From: Spartobacteria bacterium
GTDB taxonomy: Bacteria > Verrucomicrobiota > Verrucomicrobiia > Chthoniobacterales > UBA6821
Length of the DNA: 64,000 nt
NCBI GenBank assembly: GCA_947482345.1
Contig: CANKJN010000005.1
Span: 102-64,101 of the forward strand
Direction of reading: 5' to 3'
Shown here: in pieces, positions 62,065 to 64,000 of the stretch
Layout of the letters: each line of letters opens with the position of its first letter
Position numbering within the stretch: the stretch's first letter is position 1
Notes under the pieces: generated by a model
Told to the model about the DNA's origin: nothing
Database searches by the model: none
Seen by the model: the letters and a program-made list of their open reading frames with translations, nothing else
Made by a program: the position numbers and the translations under genes

Positions 62065-62164
62065 GAGCATGGTGCAACAGGTAGTGAACGGATCGGTTAC
62101 ATGTTTAGGGCGTCAAACCATTACAATGTGGACTGAGGGGAGCGTCGATAATTGCACCATGCTC
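62065..62164. promoter_or_regulatory. Putative enhancer half-sites (NtrC-like TGCACCA)
   Basis: GAGCATGGTGCAA (62065-62077) and TTGCACCATGCTC (62152-62164) form a perfect 13-bp inverted repeat upstream of the sigma54 site. Confidence 0.45.
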
Positions 62165-62381
62165 ACCAAGAGTGATGCGGCTTTCGTGTCGAGGGTTTGG
62201 GTCTGATTGCTGCAATCCCTTTTCACCTTTTAACACTTCAACTTTTTAACCCGATCGCTGCACACCCCCACCACTTTCTTATTTCCCATCCCTTTCATCC
62301 CCTTCATCCCTGTGATTATTCGTCTGCATCTCGGCCACAATCTCCCTTGTCTGAGCCGAGCCACCCGACCACCCTTCTGGC

Positions 62382-63029
62382 ATGGCATCCCTGTTCACCC
62401 CGGCCCATCTGCACCTTGCGATCAACCACGTGCCGATCATCGGCCTCGCGGTTGCCTGCCTACCCATCCTGATCGGAGTACTCTTCAAGGGAAGGAGTGC
62501 CCTTGCTTCCGGTCTGCTCGCCGTAATCCTCTGCGCCGGCACCATGCCCGCCATCATGGAAACAGGCGAAGCCGCCCAGGAATCCTTCGCCGACGGATCG
62601 ATCGAGCCGGGGATGGATGCGCCGGGCAAGGCGGCCTTCCGGGAACACAGCGGCCGGGCGAAGTTCACAGCCCCCGTGGTCTATGCCACGGGTCTTCTCG
62701 CGGTGATCGCCCTGCTGGCCCTCATCAAGTTCCCCCGTGAGGCGGGCGTGATCGGCTGGGCGGTCATGATCGGGGCGCTTCTCTCCATCACGCTGAGCAT
62801 CTGGACAGCCGAGGCGGGAGGACGGATCCGGCACACGGAATTCCGCCCCGTGCCCAAAGCAACCGCGACTCCATCCCCGACGGAGTCGTCGCCAGCCCCG
62901 TCACCAATCCCCGCGCCCTCGCCGACACCCCTCCCTTCCGCGACACCGATGACATCGCCTGCTTCCTCTACCTCCAATGCAACGCCGGCCCCCGCCGATG
63001 CGGGGCCCGCCGAGAGCGGCAACCGATGA
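62382..63029 (+). CDS. DUF2231-like membrane protein with Pro/Thr-rich tail
   Basis: HLHLAINHVPIIG, four hydrophobic segments, GGRIRH, PSPT-rich C-terminus. Confidence 0.6.
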   Translation: MASLFTPAHLHLAINHVPIIGLAVACLPILIGVLFKGRSALASGLLAVILCAGTMPAIMETGEAAQESFADGSIEPGMDAPGKAAFREHSGRAKFTAPVVYATGLLAVIALLALIKFPREAGVIGWAVMIGALLSITLSIWTAEAGGRIRHTEFRPVPKATATPSPTESSPAPSPIPAPSPTPLPSATPMTSPASSTSNATPAPADAGPAESGNR

Positions 63030-63553
63030 CCGCCGCGGCTCACGATCCCTCCTCCTCGGAGCGTCTCTGCGGCGCCTGCGGCATGTGCTGTGACGGCGTC
63101 CTCTTCCACTCCGTCGAGTTGCAGGCTGGAGAGAACCCGCGCCAGCTTTCCGCCCTCGGACTGAAGCTCCGGCGCAAGAAGGGGGTCGAATTCTTCCTCC
63201 AGCCCTGCTCCGCTCACCGCGAGGAGAGCGGCGCCTGCTCCTGCACCATCTACGAGGATCGGCCATCGCGTTGCCGCCTCTTCAACTGCCGCCAGATTCT
63301 TGCTGTGGAGGCGGGTTCCGTCTCCGAGGCGGACGCCCTGGAAAAGATCCGCAACGCGCGCGCTCAGGTAGCGAGGGTGAACGACCTCATCTCCCGACTC
63401 GGCGAGAGCAATCCTGCGCGATCGCTCGCCCACCGCACGGCAAATGCCCTGACTTTGGCGGAGGGCGCGGAGCGAACCGAACTCCATGATGAGCTGGATG
63501 CCACCATGAAGGGGCTCGAGGGGTTTCTTGCGAAGGAATTCCGCATCGGCTGA
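63026..63553 (+). CDS. YkgJ-family cysteine cluster protein
   Basis: CGACGMCC, PCSAH, CTIYEDRPSRCRLFNC. Confidence 0.85.
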   Translation: MTAAAHDPSSSERLCGACGMCCDGVLFHSVELQAGENPRQLSALGLKLRRKKGVEFFLQPCSAHREESGACSCTIYEDRPSRCRLFNCRQILAVEAGSVSEADALEKIRNARAQVARVNDLISRLGESNPARSLAHRTANALTLAEGAERTELHDELDATMKGLEGFLAKEFRIG

Positions 63554-63679
63554 TTTTTTGGAAATGCTCCGGGAGCGGTTGTTTCGGGATTCATCTCCCC
63601 GGTCCCTTTGCGTCTCTGCGTTTGCTTGCCCGGCCATTACTTCGCATTTGAATTGATGATCGGACAACCCATCCGATCA

Positions 63680-63855
63680 CCCTTGCGGGCTGTGCTGACA
63701 CACATTCTATGTCGTTCTTGCCACCGCTAGACTCCATTCGGGCGTTCCCAAGCCACTCGCCCCTATCGGGACTGCTTCGCAGTCCTATCAGCTTTGATTA
63801 GCTCGTTCGCGCTCGGCTCACCCTTGCGGGCTGAACTTTCGTTCAGTCTAACCAC
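63680..63855. repeat. Cluster of short palindromes (REP-like)
   Basis: CACCCTTGCGGGCTG twice; GGACTGC-TTC-GCAGTCC; CTGAAC-TTTC-GTTCAG hairpins. Confidence 0.55.
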
Positions 63856-63930
63856 GCCGTTCCCACGGCCATGTGTTCGCCAGTCGCTGATTTGTTACGG
63901 TTGCGCGGGAAATTCCCTTTTTTCTGCTAA

Positions 63931-64000
63931 GGAGGCGCTGATTAAATGGCATAGAGGCCGCAAAGTATCGTTCAAGACCAATTATACCATTTACATAGCT
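63931..64000. mobile_element. End of a related IS5-type element or MITE running off the window
   Basis: CTAA then GGAGGCGCTGATTAAATGGCATAGAGGCCG; the sequence then diverges from the MITE arms. Confidence 0.65.

Overview
Bacterial chromosomal window, GC-rich at the flanks and visibly AT-richer in the centre. Gene content (exosortase/EpsI, a GbsR-type regulator ahead of glf, TorF-like porin, many heptamer repeats) suggests Verrucomicrobiota; this is inference only. From left to right: (1) a nest of broken IS elements (IS481, ISL3 and a probable IS3 end); (2) the mlaEFDC operon, two MFS transporters, a divergent pair of papain-fold hydrolases, a Doc/AbrB toxin-antitoxin (TA) pair, tex and a PHP protein; (3) a ~32 kb surface-polysaccharide locus (12090-44141) with glf, Wzy/WaaL-like polymerase, Wzx, six GT4s, two methyltransferases, an inverted MBOAT-SGNH-AKR-GMC block, a 973-aa multi-domain glycosyltransferase, EpsI and exosortase. 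It is interrupted by repeat-flanked TA, AAA-ATPase and four-helix-bundle cassettes; (4) a PAS protein, a stand-alone 5'-3' exonuclease ending in QGELF, a SufR-like regulator, nagB, PIG-L deacetylase, ROK kinase and lysophospholipase; (5) amtB-glnB, a degenerate ABC exporter with an HlyD-type fusion protein, galE, tatD, an amino-acid ABC permease and ATPase, a porin with a sigma54-type promoter, a DUF2231-like protein and a YkgJ protein. The most striking non-genic structure is an IS5-type MITE family with CTAA/TTAG target duplications, several REP-like families, and heptamer-rich repeats that also occur as in-frame insertions in proteins. No rRNA, tRNA or CRISPR array was seen. All family assignments come from motif recognition by eye, not database searches.
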